A stretch of 64,000 bases of DNA from an uncultured Gemmatimonadales bacterium. Its GTDB lineage: Bacteria; Gemmatimonadota; Gemmatimonadetes; Longimicrobiales; RSA9. The DNA lies in NCBI GenBank assembly GCA_963798085.1, contig CAWCRS010000003.1, positions 864,001-928,000 on the forward strand, in the 5' to 3' direction. The stretch's first letter is position 1, and each line of letters begins with the position of its first letter. Positions 53,578 through 64,000 of the stretch are shown piece after piece. The notes beneath the pieces are model-generated. The model saw only the letters and a list, made by a program, of their open reading frames with translations. It was not told the origin of the DNA and did no database searches. Made by a program: the position numbers and the translations under genes.

Positions 53578-53853
53578 CTACGCCTCGACTGACGACGGCG
53601 GATCGAGAAGTGCCTCCAGGCGGAGGCGGATCCGGTTCAGCGTGCGACGCGCTTCGAGATCGGTGGGGAGGAGATCCCAGGCCTGACTGGCCTGCTCCCG
53701 GACCCAGATCAGCTCTTCCCGAATGGTCTGCACCTCCCGAAGCAGACCCTGCACATCGACCACGACATGCCCCTTCTGCGTCAACTCGGTGACGGAGGCG
53801 AGGCCACGACGGGTGTCTACGTTCTGCGGCATTACGAGAATCCTGCGCGTCAT
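53578..53853 (-). CDS. Small hypothetical coiled-coil protein
   Basis: 91-aa ORF with protein-like composition and GC-rich third positions. Confidence 0.45.
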   Translation of the reverse strand: MTRRILVMPQNVDTRRGLASVTELTQKGHVVVDVQGLLREVQTIREELIWVREQASQAWDLLPTDLEARRTLNRIRLRLEALLDPPSSVEA

Positions 53854-54142
53854 TGGCGGCCAACCTGTCACGGTTTTCTTGTCCGGGGGTCTAACGACAA
53901 TGTTAGAGGCCCTGCTCAATTCCGAGTCTCGCGCGGGGCGGGTCCGTTTGTGTCGGGGATTCCTCGCCAGATCTGTGAGGCATCGCACCAGAGCGGCCGG
54001 GGGACGACACCGGCTGGCGTTGGCGCACGCCCGTGCGGGGCTGCTGCGAAGCATCGCGGCGACCATCCGGCGGCACTGCGTTGTTCAGGGTCCCGCGGGC
54101 GCTCGCTGGCACCACGCGGTTGGCCGACTGCCGCGCCGCGCT

Positions 54143-55285
54143 TCAGGCGGCGTCGACCAGCTGACGAACCAGGTCCGCGTTGGTATCCGTGCGCTTCATG
54201 CGCGTGAGCAGGATGTTCATGGCATCGTGCGCGGGCAGCCCTGACAATTCGCGGCGCAACGCGTGCGAGGCGCGCAGCATGCCTTCATTCAGCAGCAGCT
54301 CCTCGCGGCGAGTGGCGCTGGCGTTGAGGTCGATGGCCGGGAAGATGCGACGGTCCGCCAGCTCGCGGCTCAGCACCAGCTCGCTGTTGCCCGTGCCCTT
54401 GAACTCCTCGAAGATCACGTCATCCATGCGCGAGCCCGTGTCGACCAGCGCGGTGGCGATGATGGTGAGCGCGCCGCCGCCCTGCGTCGGATCAATGTTG
54501 CGCGCACTGCCCAGAAAGCGCTTCGGCTTCTCCAGTGAATTCGCGTCCAGTCCGCCGGTCAGCGTCTTGCCACTGCCACGCTCGACCGTGTTGTAGGCGC
54601 GGGCAAGGCGGGTGATGGAGTCGAGGATCACGACCACATCGCGACCCATCTCGACGCGGCGGCGCGCGCGCTCGAGCGTGATCTCGGCGACCGCGACGTG
54701 ACGCTCGGCCGGATGGTCGAAGCTGGATGCGATGACTTCACCGAATCCGCACATCTCCATCTCGGTCACTTCTTCCGGACGCTCATCCACGAGCAGAATG
54801 AAGAGCGCGCAGTCCGGGTAGTTTTTCACCACGCCTTCCGCGACCGACTGCAGCACCGTGGTCTTACCGGCCTTGGAAGGCGAGACGATCATGGCGCGCT
54901 GGCCGCGGCCGAACGGGCACAGCAGATCGATCACGCGATTCGTGAAGTCAGGCTGGTTGCGACGCTTGATGCCGCATTCGAGCACGATCTGCTGATTGGG
55001 GTGCTGCGCGCTGAGGCGATTGAAGTCGGGGCGGCGGCCGATCTGCTCGGGCGGCAGCCCGTTGAGCAGATCCACGCTGGTGAGGGGTGGATTCTTGCCG
55101 CGTCCCGGCGATGGACCCGCTTCGCCTTGCAATTCGTCACCGGCACGCAGGCCGTAACGCTGAACAATGCGGGGCGGCACATACACATCGCCATCCATGG
55201 GCAGGTAACTCGCCTCACGTGAGCGCAGGAACCCCGCGCCACCCGACGTAAGGTCGAGCACGCCGAATGCAGGTCGGCTACTCAA
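54143..55285 (-). CDS. rho: Transcription termination factor Rho, short form (380 aa)
   Basis: GFLR, DVYV, GRGQR, SPSKAGKT, LVDERPEEVT, DSITRLARAYN, FEEFKGTGNSE, RRIFPAID. Confidence 0.93.
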   Translation of the reverse strand: MSSRPAFGVLDLTSGGAGFLRSREASYLPMDGDVYVPPRIVQRYGLRAGDELQGEAGPSPGRGKNPPLTSVDLLNGLPPEQIGRRPDFNRLSAQHPNQQIVLECGIKRRNQPDFTNRVIDLLCPFGRGQRAMIVSPSKAGKTTVLQSVAEGVVKNYPDCALFILLVDERPEEVTEMEMCGFGEVIASSFDHPAERHVAVAEITLERARRRVEMGRDVVVILDSITRLARAYNTVERGSGKTLTGGLDANSLEKPKRFLGSARNIDPTQGGGALTIIATALVDTGSRMDDVIFEEFKGTGNSELVLSRELADRRIFPAIDLNASATRREELLLNEGMLRASHALRRELSGLPAHDAMNILLTRMKRTDTNADLVRQLVDAA

Positions 55286-55791
55286 TCCGTTTTCTTCCGA
55301 TTCTGTTCTACGGGATCACTCGCGATGCGCACGTACTCACACGCGTGCACCGCACCAGCATCATGCGGGGTGCAAACCGAGGGCCGCTGTCGTAACACGC
55401 ATCAGAACACGAATGTTCCACCGCTGCGCGTGCTGCGCGGTGACACCCGGCACTGCAACGCGGGTGTACCAGCATTTGCGTTGCAGGCATCCGTAAGTCT
55501 TCGGAGAACGCGCAGTTCGAGCATCGCGCGAGCATGTGTGCACGTTTTGTGAACCGGCTCTACCGTCCCGGTTTCCGCGCGCCTCACACCAAGCACGAAC
55601 CGTCTGCGTATCCATCCTTGAGCGCATCCGTCCGCAATGCGACCTTCCTGCGCGACGGGCCTCACGGTTCGTCACCCCTCGCCGCCGCAGCCTCTTGCGC
55701 ACGTTGGACCCCCAGGCTGCGGCGGCACCCCTCCTCTTCGCGACCGTCCGCACACTCGTGTTTCCGATCGGGTCGCGCTCTCTGCTGAAAA

Positions 55792-55834
55792 GCGTTGCTG
55801 GTTTCTGGGGCTGGGGCTGGTTGCTGGGGTAACG
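55792..55834. repeat. G-rich CTGGGG tract, reverse orientation of the 25.4 kb tract type
   Basis: GCGTTGCTGGTTTCTGGGGCTGGGGCTGGTTGCTGGGGTAACG. Confidence 0.5.
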
Positions 55835-56125
55835 GATCCTGCTGCTGATCCGCACCCGGTTGCCCAACACCGCATGCTGCTCGGCGGGACTGCTGCTGGG
55901 CTGACCCAGAAACGTTGCGAGTCAAGGCGGGTTGGGCTGCGAACAGCCGTGTTCCACGCTGGCCCGCGTGACCGGGAAAGCGGCCGGATCGTTGGATTCC
56001 GGAACCGTCATTCCCGCGTCACAACCCATCTGACGAACGAGGGTCCCGAAACGTTGGGTTGCTCCGGGCGAGGTGATCGGGTAGCGGGGGAACAGGCGCC
56101 AGCCGGGTGCAGCCGTCGACGCGGG

Positions 56126-59011
56126 TCAGCCCACTTGTGCGTACTCCTCGATGGGCGGGCAGGAGCACATGAGGTTGCGATCGCCGGCGGCGTTGTCGAC
56201 GAGGCCGACGGCGGGCCAGAACTTGTGCTCGCGGGTCCAGGGCGCGGGGAAGGCTGCGCGCTCGCGGGAGTAGGGGCGGTCCCAGTCGTCCGATATCACG
56301 GTATCCGCGGTGTGGGGCGCGTTCTTGAGCGCGTTGTTGCGGCGGTCGGCCACGCCGATCTCGATCTCGCGGATCTCCTCGCGGATGCCGATCAGCGCAT
56401 CACAGAAGCGGTCCAGCTCGGCCTTCGACTCGCTCTCCGTGGGCTCGATCATGAGCGTACCGGCCACGGGGAAGGAGACCGTGGGTGCATGGAAGCCATA
56501 GTCCATGAGGCGCTTGGCGATGTCGACGGCCTCGACGCCCGCGCTGTTCTTGAGGGCGCGCGGGTCGATGATGCACTCGTGTGCGACGGTGCCATCGCGG
56601 CCGGCGTAGAGCACGGGGTACTGCGCGGCGAGGCGGTGGGCGACGTAATTCGCGTTGAGGATCGCGACCTTCGTGGCCAGCGCGAGGCCATCGGAGCCCA
56701 TCATGCGGATGTAGGCCCAGGAGATGGGCAGGATGCTGGGGCTGCCCCAGGGCGCGGAGGCGACCGCGCCAATGGCCTGCGCGCCGCCTGTGGGAATCAC
56801 GGGATGGCCGGGCAGGAAGGGCGCGAGGGCCGCGGTCACGCCGATCGGACCCATGCCCGGGCCGCCGCCGCCGTGGGGAATGCAGAAGGTCTTGTGCAGG
56901 TTGAGGTGGCAGACGTCGGCGCCGATGTCGCCGGGGCGGCAGAGGCCCACCATGGCGTTCATGTTGGCGCCATCCATGTAGACCAGGCCGCCGTGCTCGT
57001 GCACGATGGCGCAAATGGTGCGAATGCCCTCCTCGAAGATGCCGTGCGTCGAGGGATACGTGACCATGAGCGCTGCCAGCGAGCCCGCGTGCTCGGCCGC
57101 CTTGGCGCGCAGGTCGTCAATGTCGATGTTGCCGTGATCGTCGGAGCGTACGACGACGACGCGCAAACCCGCCATTACCGCGCTCGCCGGATTGGTACCG
57201 TGCGCGGACTGCGGGATGAGGCACACGTCGCGGTGCGCTTCGCCCCTTGCTTCGTGGTACGCGCGGATCACGAGCAGGCCGGTGAACTCGCCCTGTGAGC
57301 CCGCGTTAGGCTGGAGTGACACGGCGTTGAAGCCGGTGATGTCCGCGAGCCAGCCTTCGAGCTGCTGGAAGAGCTGCGTGTAGCCGGCGGCCTGCGCCGT
57401 AGGCGCGAAGGGGTGCAGCCTGGAGAAGCCCGCGTACGTGATGGGCAGCATCTCGGCGGCCGCATTCAGCTTCATGGTGCAGGAGCCGAGCGGGATCATC
57501 GAGGTGGTGAGCGAGAGATCGCGCGACTCGAGCCGCTGGATATAACGCAGCATTTCGGTCTCCGACCGGTAGCGGTGGAAGACCGGGTGCGTCATGAAGT
57601 CAGAGGCTCGACGGAAAGCCGGATCGACATCGTCGCCTGCATCCTGGATGAGGCGCGCGACATCCGGCTGCTTGCCGCCTGCGGGCTGGAACGCGGCCAG
57701 CACGTCCGCCAGGTCCTGCTCGCTGACGGTTTCGTCGAAAGCCACGGACAGAGAGTCGTCGCCCAGGGAACGGAGGTTGATGCGACGACGCTCGGCCGCC
57801 GCGATCACCGCGTGCTTCGCCTGCGCACCGCCCGCCACCTTCACGGCGACCGTGTCGAAGAAAGGCGAGGCGCCGGGCGAGTGGCCCTGCTCGCGCAGCC
57901 CTGCGGCCAGCGCGCGTGCCAGCTGGTGCACGCGACGGGCAATGCGCGTGAGGCCGTCCGGCCCGTGATAGACGGCGTAGAAGCTGGCGACCACGGCCAG
58001 CAGCACCTGCGCCGTGCAGACGTTGCTGGTGGCCTTCTCACGGCGGATGTGCTGTTCGCGCGTCTGCAGCGCCATGCGCAGGGCAGGCTTGCCGCGCGAG
58101 TCGTGCGACACGCCGATGATGCGGCCGGGGATCTGGCGCTTGTAGTCGTCACGCGTGGAGAAGAAGGCGGCGTGCGGGCCGCCGTAGCCGAGCGGCACAC
58201 CAAAGCGCTGCGAGTTGCCGACGACGGCGTCCGCGCCCCATTCGCCGGGCGGCGTCAGCAGTGTCAGCGCGAGCAGGTCCGACGCGACCGTGACCAGGCC
58301 GCCGGCGGCGTGCACGAGGTCGACGAAACCGCGATAGTCGTGCACCGAGCCATCGGTTGCGGGATACTGGATGAGCGCGCCGAACACGCGCGCGTCCGGC
58401 TGGTAGCTGCGATGGTCGCCCACCACCACGGTCCAGCCCCTCGCCTTCGCGCGCGTGCGCACGACATTGATCGTCTGCGGATGACACAGCTGGGAGACGA
58501 AGAAGGTGTCACGCGCATCGTCGCCTTTCACCGCATGGCACATGGAGAGCGCCTCGGCGGCGGCGGTGCCCTCGTCCAGTAACGAAGCGTTAGCCACGGG
58601 CAGTCCGGTCAGGTCGATGACGGCGGTCTGGAAGTTGAGCAGCGCCTCGAGCCGGCCCTGCGCGATCTCCGCCTGGTAGGGCGTGTAGGCGGTGTACCAG
58701 CCGGGGTTCTCGATGATCTTCCGCAGAATGACGGGCGGCGTGATGGTGTCGTGGTAGCCGAGCCCGAGGTAGGAGCGGAAGACCTGGTTGCGACCGGCGA
58801 GGTCGGACAGCTCGCGCAGCGCCTCGTACTCGCTCACGGCCTCGCCCACGGCGAGGCGGCCGCGGTAGCGGATGGTCTCGGGGATGGTGGTGTCGATGAG
58901 CGCGTCCAGCGAGTCGTAGCCGAGCGCGTCCAGCATTTCCCGGGTCTCGGTCTCACCCGGACCGATGTGGCGGCGTACGAACGGGTGGGCCGAGGCGGGC
59001 GACGTGTTCAT
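56126..59011 (-). CDS. gcvP: Glycine dehydrogenase (decarboxylating), P protein
   Basis: [56 protein letters not shown]. Confidence 0.98.
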   Translation of the reverse strand: MNTSPASAHPFVRRHIGPGETETREMLDALGYDSLDALIDTTIPETIRYRGRLAVGEAVSEYEALRELSDLAGRNQVFRSYLGLGYHDTITPPVILRKIIENPGWYTAYTPYQAEIAQGRLEALLNFQTAVIDLTGLPVANASLLDEGTAAAEALSMCHAVKGDDARDTFFVSQLCHPQTINVVRTRAKARGWTVVVGDHRSYQPDARVFGALIQYPATDGSVHDYRGFVDLVHAAGGLVTVASDLLALTLLTPPGEWGADAVVGNSQRFGVPLGYGGPHAAFFSTRDDYKRQIPGRIIGVSHDSRGKPALRMALQTREQHIRREKATSNVCTAQVLLAVVASFYAVYHGPDGLTRIARRVHQLARALAAGLREQGHSPGASPFFDTVAVKVAGGAQAKHAVIAAAERRRINLRSLGDDSLSVAFDETVSEQDLADVLAAFQPAGGKQPDVARLIQDAGDDVDPAFRRASDFMTHPVFHRYRSETEMLRYIQRLESRDLSLTTSMIPLGSCTMKLNAAAEMLPITYAGFSRLHPFAPTAQAAGYTQLFQQLEGWLADITGFNAVSLQPNAGSQGEFTGLLVIRAYHEARGEAHRDVCLIPQSAHGTNPASAVMAGLRVVVVRSDDHGNIDIDDLRAKAAEHAGSLAALMVTYPSTHGIFEEGIRTICAIVHEHGGLVYMDGANMNAMVGLCRPGDIGADVCHLNLHKTFCIPHGGGGPGMGPIGVTAALAPFLPGHPVIPTGGAQAIGAVASAPWGSPSILPISWAYIRMMGSDGLALATKVAILNANYVAHRLAAQYPVLYAGRDGTVAHECIIDPRALKNSAGVEAVDIAKRLMDYGFHAPTVSFPVAGTLMIEPTESESKAELDRFCDALIGIREEIREIEIGVADRRNNALKNAPHTADTVISDDWDRPYSRERAAFPAPWTREHKFWPAVGLVDNAAGDRNLMCSCPPIEEYAQVG

Positions 59012-59361
59012 CACGATTCTTCCGGTGCCGGTTTTCAGGGCCCGGGCCTGCCAACAGAGGCGGGCCTTCAGCGGCGGCGCACGATCTGTGGGCGGGCTGG
59101 GCCGCAGTGAGAGCGCAGTGAAACGGCATAAACCTATTGCGCGCGTCAAGCGGATTGAACGGGCGCAGCCGAATGCGCATCGGCTCATCGCACGCGATCC
59201 GACCTGCGGAACGTAACTCCGGCAGCTCGCCCGCGTCTGATATCCGGCTCATGCGGCTGCCGGCATGCTCCAATCCGTCACGTGGGCGGGCCGGGTATCA
59301 CACTTGTCGGCGCGGGGTGCTGCTCCGAAGTTGCCATCACCGTAAGGAGGTCGCCGTACCC

Positions 59362-61134
59362 ATGCAGTGGGCCGCTATTGCGGCGTTCGCCATTCTGGTC
59401 GCGTTCCTCGTGGGCCATCGGCTGCGGCATCGTCGCGGTGGCAGAGTCGTACGCCAGGGCGAGGCCGGGACAGGCGCCGGGGCGGCGGGAGCCGGGCCGG
59501 ACGGCGAGGTGAGCGCGCCGCCGGAGGAGCGCACGGCATCGGTTCCCGTGGTCCGGTCCAGGCCTGCCGCAGCGCCGACGGCGGCGATCGCGACAATGGC
59601 CGGACCTGATCCGCGCGCCGAGGATGTGCGGTTCACGGTCTATCGGCCGGCCGCGGTTCAGCCGGAGCGGTGGAGTCCGCTGCTGGTATTCGCGCATCGC
59701 ACGGACACGCCCCCTGATGCGCCGCCGGGTACGCCTTCACCGGCGGAGCAGGTGCGCGACGAGGCGGAGCGCGTCCTCGGAGCGAAAGCCCGGTCCTACG
59801 CCCGGCTGTCCGAGGACAGCGCGTCGCCGATCCTGAGCGGCTCCCGGCTGCTGTTCCTGCCGCACATGAACGGCGTCGAGTTCAACCCGCCGCACGCGTC
59901 GGTCGACTGGAACGATGACGTGCAGATGGTCTACTTCCAGCTCCGCGCTGATGCCGCACTCGAAGGAACGAAGGCACGCGGCAGCCTGTCGGTCTACTGC
60001 GGGCCGCTGCTGCTCGCGGAGATGGCGCTCGTGCTGCGAGTCAGCGCGACCGCCGATGCCGAAGCGCAGAGTGACGTGGGCGAGAGCGTGGCGCCGTATC
60101 GGAAAGTGTTCGCGTCGTACTCGCACCGTGACGAATCCATCGTCCGGCAAATGGAGACGTATGCCAGTGCTTTCGGCGATGAGTACCTGCGCGATGTCAC
60201 CAAACTGCGCGCGGGCGAGGCGTGGAATGCGCGTATTGCCGGGCTGATCGAGGAAGCCGACGTGTTCCAGCTGTTCTGGTCGTGGAACGCGATCGAATCG
60301 GAGTACGTACGGCGCGAGATCGAGCACGCCATCGGCCTCGGCCGGCCGCACTTCATCCGCCCGGTCTTCTGGGAAGATCCGCTGCCCTCAGCGCCGGACC
60401 GCGACCTGCCGCCGCCGCGGCTGAGTGTACTCCACTTCCAGCGTCTCCCGATCACGGGCGGCGGGCCCGCGAGCACGGGGGCCACAGCACAGAATCCAGG
60501 CGAGGCGGTGGCGGGCCGGGCCGGTCGACGGCGGCTGCTGCCGAACGTCGCGGTGATAATGGTCGCCCTCGCGGGTGTGGCGATCATCGGGCGCATGAGC
60601 CCGGGATTGCTCCCGCGTGCAGGCGACCACGGCACGCCAGTCGAGGTGCGGCCCGCAGCGGATTCCGCTTCCACAACACAGGCGCAGCCGTCGTCTGGAC
60701 GGGGAAGACCATCGAGACCGCCGGACCCGCGGATGCCGGACACGGACCCCCCGCCCCAGCCTTCCGATATGAAACCTCCGGCGCAAATGCAGGGCGACCC
60801 GCTTTCGCGCGACGCGATCCGATCGGCGATCGTCGCGTTCGTCGCGGCACTGAATGCGCGGGACATGGCGCGCGTCGCGCCCGTGATGTCATCCGAGATG
60901 CGGCCGCATTGGCGCGATCTGCTCACCGACCACTCGGCCGTCACGGATTTCAGCGCCACGCTGGGGCCGGTCGACGAACCCACCCTTCGAGGCGACAGCG
61001 GCATGGTGTCGTTCTCAATGCGCGTCAGAATCGTCTCCCGCGGCGGCGACACGCTGCGCCAGACCCTGCGCTTTACCGGCCACGTGGAGCGCGACGTCAC
61101 GGGCTGGAAGCTGCGGTCGCTGGTCAGCCACTAA
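59362..61134 (+). CDS. Membrane-anchored TIR-domain protein (TM - unknown beta domain - TIR - TM - Pro-rich linker - NTF2-like domain)
   Basis: AAGGAGG RBS; TIR KVFASYSHRD...LRAGEAW...IEEADVFQLFWS..AIESEYVRREIEHA; two hydrophobic helices. Confidence 0.8.
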   Translation: MQWAAIAAFAILVAFLVGHRLRHRRGGRVVRQGEAGTGAGAAGAGPDGEVSAPPEERTASVPVVRSRPAAAPTAAIATMAGPDPRAEDVRFTVYRPAAVQPERWSPLLVFAHRTDTPPDAPPGTPSPAEQVRDEAERVLGAKARSYARLSEDSASPILSGSRLLFLPHMNGVEFNPPHASVDWNDDVQMVYFQLRADAALEGTKARGSLSVYCGPLLLAEMALVLRVSATADAEAQSDVGESVAPYRKVFASYSHRDESIVRQMETYASAFGDEYLRDVTKLRAGEAWNARIAGLIEEADVFQLFWSWNAIESEYVRREIEHAIGLGRPHFIRPVFWEDPLPSAPDRDLPPPRLSVLHFQRLPITGGGPASTGATAQNPGEAVAGRAGRRRLLPNVAVIMVALAGVAIIGRMSPGLLPRAGDHGTPVEVRPAADSASTTQAQPSSGRGRPSRPPDPRMPDTDPPPQPSDMKPPAQMQGDPLSRDAIRSAIVAFVAALNARDMARVAPVMSSEMRPHWRDLLTDHSAVTDFSATLGPVDEPTLRGDSGMVSFSMRVRIVSRGGDTLRQTLRFTGHVERDVTGWKLRSLVSH

Positions 61135-61233
61135 CAGCGCATTCGCGCTCGCAGGGAAGGCGTCCATCCTGCCGGGCATTGGAGCAGCAGCCGGCTTCGA
61201 AGGCGAGTGCGGCAGGGACCGCTGTGTGGTCGG

Positions 61234-64000
61234 TCAGCTGCTGAATCTGACGACCATTTCCTCGAACTGGCGCAGTGTGCGGCCGCCAAAGGCCTGCTGC
61301 GAGCGGCCGCGCTCGAGGATGCCCAGGGCCTCGCGCGCGAGTGCGAGCGCGTCCGCATTCCGGCCCAGCCTGTCGCCGAGCAGGGCGGCGAGGTTGCCGA
61401 GCGTGCCCGCGAGTGTGCGCGGGTTGTCGATCATGCGGACCACGCGGAGTGCTTCCTCGAGCCGCTCGCGCGCCGCATCGATCTGGCCCATGCCCTCGTA
61501 CGCGAGCCCCTGGTAGTTGAGCGCCCAGCATTCGGTGACGCGGTTCTCGACCTCGCGTGAGATCTCGAGGCAGCGTGTGGCCAGGTCGAGAGCGGACGGG
61601 AACTGGCGGAGTCCGACATCGACGGATGCGATGTTGGACAGGGTGAGGCCTTCGAGCCCGCGATTGCCCATCTCGCGATGGATGTCGAGGGCCGCGAGCA
61701 GGTCCAGCTTTGCCTCATCGAGCCGGCCCATGTAGCGGCGGGAGATGCCCATGTCGTTCAGGTCTTCCGCCTCGCCGGTGCGGTTCCCGGTCTGGCGGTG
61801 CAGCCGCAGCGCTTCGGTGAAGTGCTCGATGGCAGTGGTGAGCATGCCCCGCTCGAATGCGACGGAGCCGATCTTGTTGAGGAGGTCGGCTTCCACGGCG
61901 CGGTCCGGCACGGCGCGGGCAATGCGAATGGCTTCGTCGTAGCAGCGCATGGCGCGGTCGTAACGCGTCATCCGCCAGAAGGTCTCGCCCAGGTACTTCA
62001 GCGTGATGGCGACATTGCGCTGATCGCCCAGCTGCTTCTGCCGGTCGAGCGCGCGCTCGAGCATCTCGCGTGCCTGGGGGAAGCGGCTGCGCGTGCGCTC
62101 CAGCTCACCCAGGTCGCTCAGCGTCGCAGCCTCGGTCGCGACATCCCTCGCCGCCGCGAGGGCGTCGGTGAGGTAGTCGTGCGCGGCGGCCGGGTCGCGG
62201 CGGGAGAACCACCTGCCCAGCAGGTGCAGGAAGAGACGCTCGTGATCGGCGTGGTCGAGTGCGCGCGCACAGGCGAGGCCGAGGCGGAGCACCGCCAGGC
62301 CGCGGTCGCCGGTGCCGTAGCGGCGCAGTACGAAGTCGGCCGTGGCCACGCAGTAGTCGAGCGCGGTCTGCAGCAGCGGCCGATCGGCGTCCGCCGGCGG
62401 CCTTCTAACAGCGAGTTTGGGCGCCGTCCAGGCCGCGAGGTCACCGAGCAGCGGGGTGGCGCGGCCCAGCAGCTCGAGCCCGCAGGTGCGGATGTGCGGG
62501 AACAGCAGCGCCAGCTGGTTCCACTCCTGGATGGGGCGGGCGAAGCCGGCGCGCGCGCGACCGATCACAAGCTGATACCAGCGCTGGCGCGCGGCTTCCA
62601 TTTCCGCGGGATTCCCGGCCAGCAGCTGGCGGGCGTACGCGCGCAGCAGCGGGTGCAGCGCGTACCCGCTGTCAGGATCGCCGTCGATGAGCGAGCGGTT
62701 GTCGAGGCCATCCAGCGCGTCGCGCGCGGCGAGTGCTCCCGGCTCATCGCCCCAGACGCTGTGAATCATGGCGGCATCCATGCGGCCGCCATTGGGGAAT
62801 ACGCCCAGATCGAGAAAGCGACGCGTCCAGTCCGTATGCAGCGCGCGATCCAGCGCTTCCAGCTCGTCCACGCTGATGGCGAGGCTGGCGGCGACGCTCT
62901 CGTCCTTGGTGACCGTGCGGGCGACGCGCAGGCGGAAGCCGCCCAGCCCGCGCTCGAGGCTGTCGCTCAGCTCGGAGACCAGCCCGGGCAGATCGGCGGC
63001 GCGCGTGAGGCGCGCGGACGCGAGCACGAGCGCGAGGGCGTGTCCGTCGACGCGCTCGATGAGCTGCTCCACCGCGGCCGACTGCTTCCGGAATTCGTCC
63101 TCACTGAAGCGGGCACTGAGACGCAGCTGGAGGCGGTCGTGAATGAGGGAAGTGGCGTCGTCGTCCGAAAGCGGACCCAGTGAATAGACGCGGGCGCCGA
63201 GTTCCGCGGCGACCTGTGCGGAGCGCGTCGTAATGATGCGCGTGGCGTCGGGCGGCAGCGCGGAGAGCAGCGTGCGCGTCTGCGGCACATCCGCTTCGCT
63301 CACGTCATCGATCAGCACGAGCAGCTCGCCGAAGCCCGCGAGCAGCGCGCGCACATCATTGGGCCCGTACTCGCGGGTGGGCTGCTGGCCCAGCGCGCGC
63401 AGCGCATCATCGGCCCAGCGGTTGAGCACGAACGTGTCCGCCGACGGAATCTCGCCGCGCGTCTCGAGCAGCACGCCGCCCGGATAACGCGGTGCCAGGC
63501 GGCGGACGAGCTCCTGCGCCAGCACCGTCTTGCCCTGCCCGCCCAGGCCCTGGATCGCGATGGTCGTGCGGCCGCTGGACACGCTGCCGGACTCGTCGTC
63601 GATCAGCGCGGCGAGCGCGGCGAGATCCTTCTCGCGGCCGACGAACGGGTTGTCCAGCGGCGGCGTCTGATCCGAGAGTCGGCGTCCCGGCCGCAGCGCG
63701 AAGCGGCCAATGCAGTCGCGCAGTGCAACGAGCGCCTGGTCACGATCGCTGGTGAAATCGATGCCCTGGAAGCGCGCGAGATGCGCCGGCGGCGGCGGTG
63801 GCACGAACAGCAGCGGGATCATGCGACGCAGCAGCCGCTCGCCTTCGAGCTGCTCCCAGAGGATCCAGGTCCGGTCACGGGCCGGGTCCGTGGCGTGCGC
63901 CGTGACCAGCGCGACCACGATGTTGCACTGCAGCAGGGCGCGCTTCAGGTCCTGCTTCCACGGATCGCCGCCCTCGATGTCGATGCGATCCACCCAGACG
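61234..64000 (-). CDS. TIR - NB-ARC/STAND NTPase - TPR protein; 5' end outside window
   Basis: WVDRIDIEGGDPW...WILWE (TIR); FVGREKDL, Walker A GLGGQGKT, Walker B LVLIDDV, IITTR, GHALAL, LHPLLR; multiple TPRs. Confidence 0.88.
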   Translation of the reverse strand, partial: VWVDRIDIEGGDPWKQDLKRALLQCNIVVALVTAHATDPARDRTWILWEQLEGERLLRRMIPLLFVPPPPPAHLARFQGIDFTSDRDQALVALRDCIGRFALRPGRRLSDQTPPLDNPFVGREKDLAALAALIDDESGSVSSGRTTIAIQGLGGQGKTVLAQELVRRLAPRYPGGVLLETRGEIPSADTFVLNRWADDALRALGQQPTREYGPNDVRALLAGFGELLVLIDDVSEADVPQTRTLLSALPPDATRIITTRSAQVAAELGARVYSLGPLSDDDATSLIHDRLQLRLSARFSEDEFRKQSAAVEQLIERVDGHALALVLASARLTRAADLPGLVSELSDSLERGLGGFRLRVARTVTKDESVAASLAISVDELEALDRALHTDWTRRFLDLGVFPNGGRMDAAMIHSVWGDEPGALAARDALDGLDNRSLIDGDPDSGYALHPLLRAYARQLLAGNPAEMEAARQRWYQLVIGRARAGFARPIQEWNQLALLFPHIRTCGLELLGRATPLLGDLAAWTAPKLAVRRPPADADRPLLQTALDYCVATADFVLRRYGTGDRGLAVLRLGLACARALDHADHERLFLHLLGRWFSRRDPAAAHDYLTDALAAARDVATEAATLSDLGELERTRSRFPQAREMLERALDRQKQLGDQRNVAITLKYLGETFWRMTRYDRAMRCYDEAIRIARAVPDRAVEADLLNKIGSVAFERGMLTTAIEHFTEALRLHRQTGNRTGEAEDLNDMGISRRYMGRLDEAKLDLLAALDIHREMGNRGLEGLTLSNIASVDVGLRQFPSALDLATRCLEISREVENRVTECWALNYQGLAYEGMGQIDAARERLEEALRVVRMIDNPRTLAGTLGNLAALLGDRLGRNADALALAREALGILERGRSQQAFGGRTLRQFEEMVVRFSS

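Noticed and set aside
59012..59340. Glycine riboswitch upstream of gcvP
   Set aside because: I could not find the GGAGA...CCGAAG...CTCTCAGG core on the minus strand.

Overview
High-GC bacterial chromosome segment that contains the replication-origin region. Gemmatimonadota is a plausible source, inferred only from the overall gene-family mix. The core is bactofilin-M23-parB-parA, two parS sites, acylphosphatase, yidC-yidD-rnpA-rpmH and dnaA-oriC-dnaN. Around it lie a lipA-pdhABC-lpdA operon, two gamma-glutamyltransferases (one fused to a TolB-like propeller), a LOG plus deoxyhypusine-synthase-like pair, pyrE, an ergothioneine cluster (egtB-egtD-egtA) divergent from a betaine-type ABC importer, uppP, a short Rho and gcvP. 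The most notable items are: (1) a Cyc2-type cytochrome-porin with a partner cytochrome c, directly downstream of a selenocysteine (UGA + SECIS) selD that the ORF track truncates; (2) a convergent pair of TIR genes, one membrane-anchored and one TIR-STAND NTPase-TPR (NLR-like); (3) a ~144-bp MITE/REPIN-like element with 21-bp terminal inverted repeats, present 4-5 times; (4) an oriC unwinding module plus a second DnaA-box cluster 11 kb away; (5) a deletion scar that truncates two divergent genes. Many conserved genes carry frameshifts, most likely long-read assembly indels. No rRNA, tRNA or CRISPR array was recognised.
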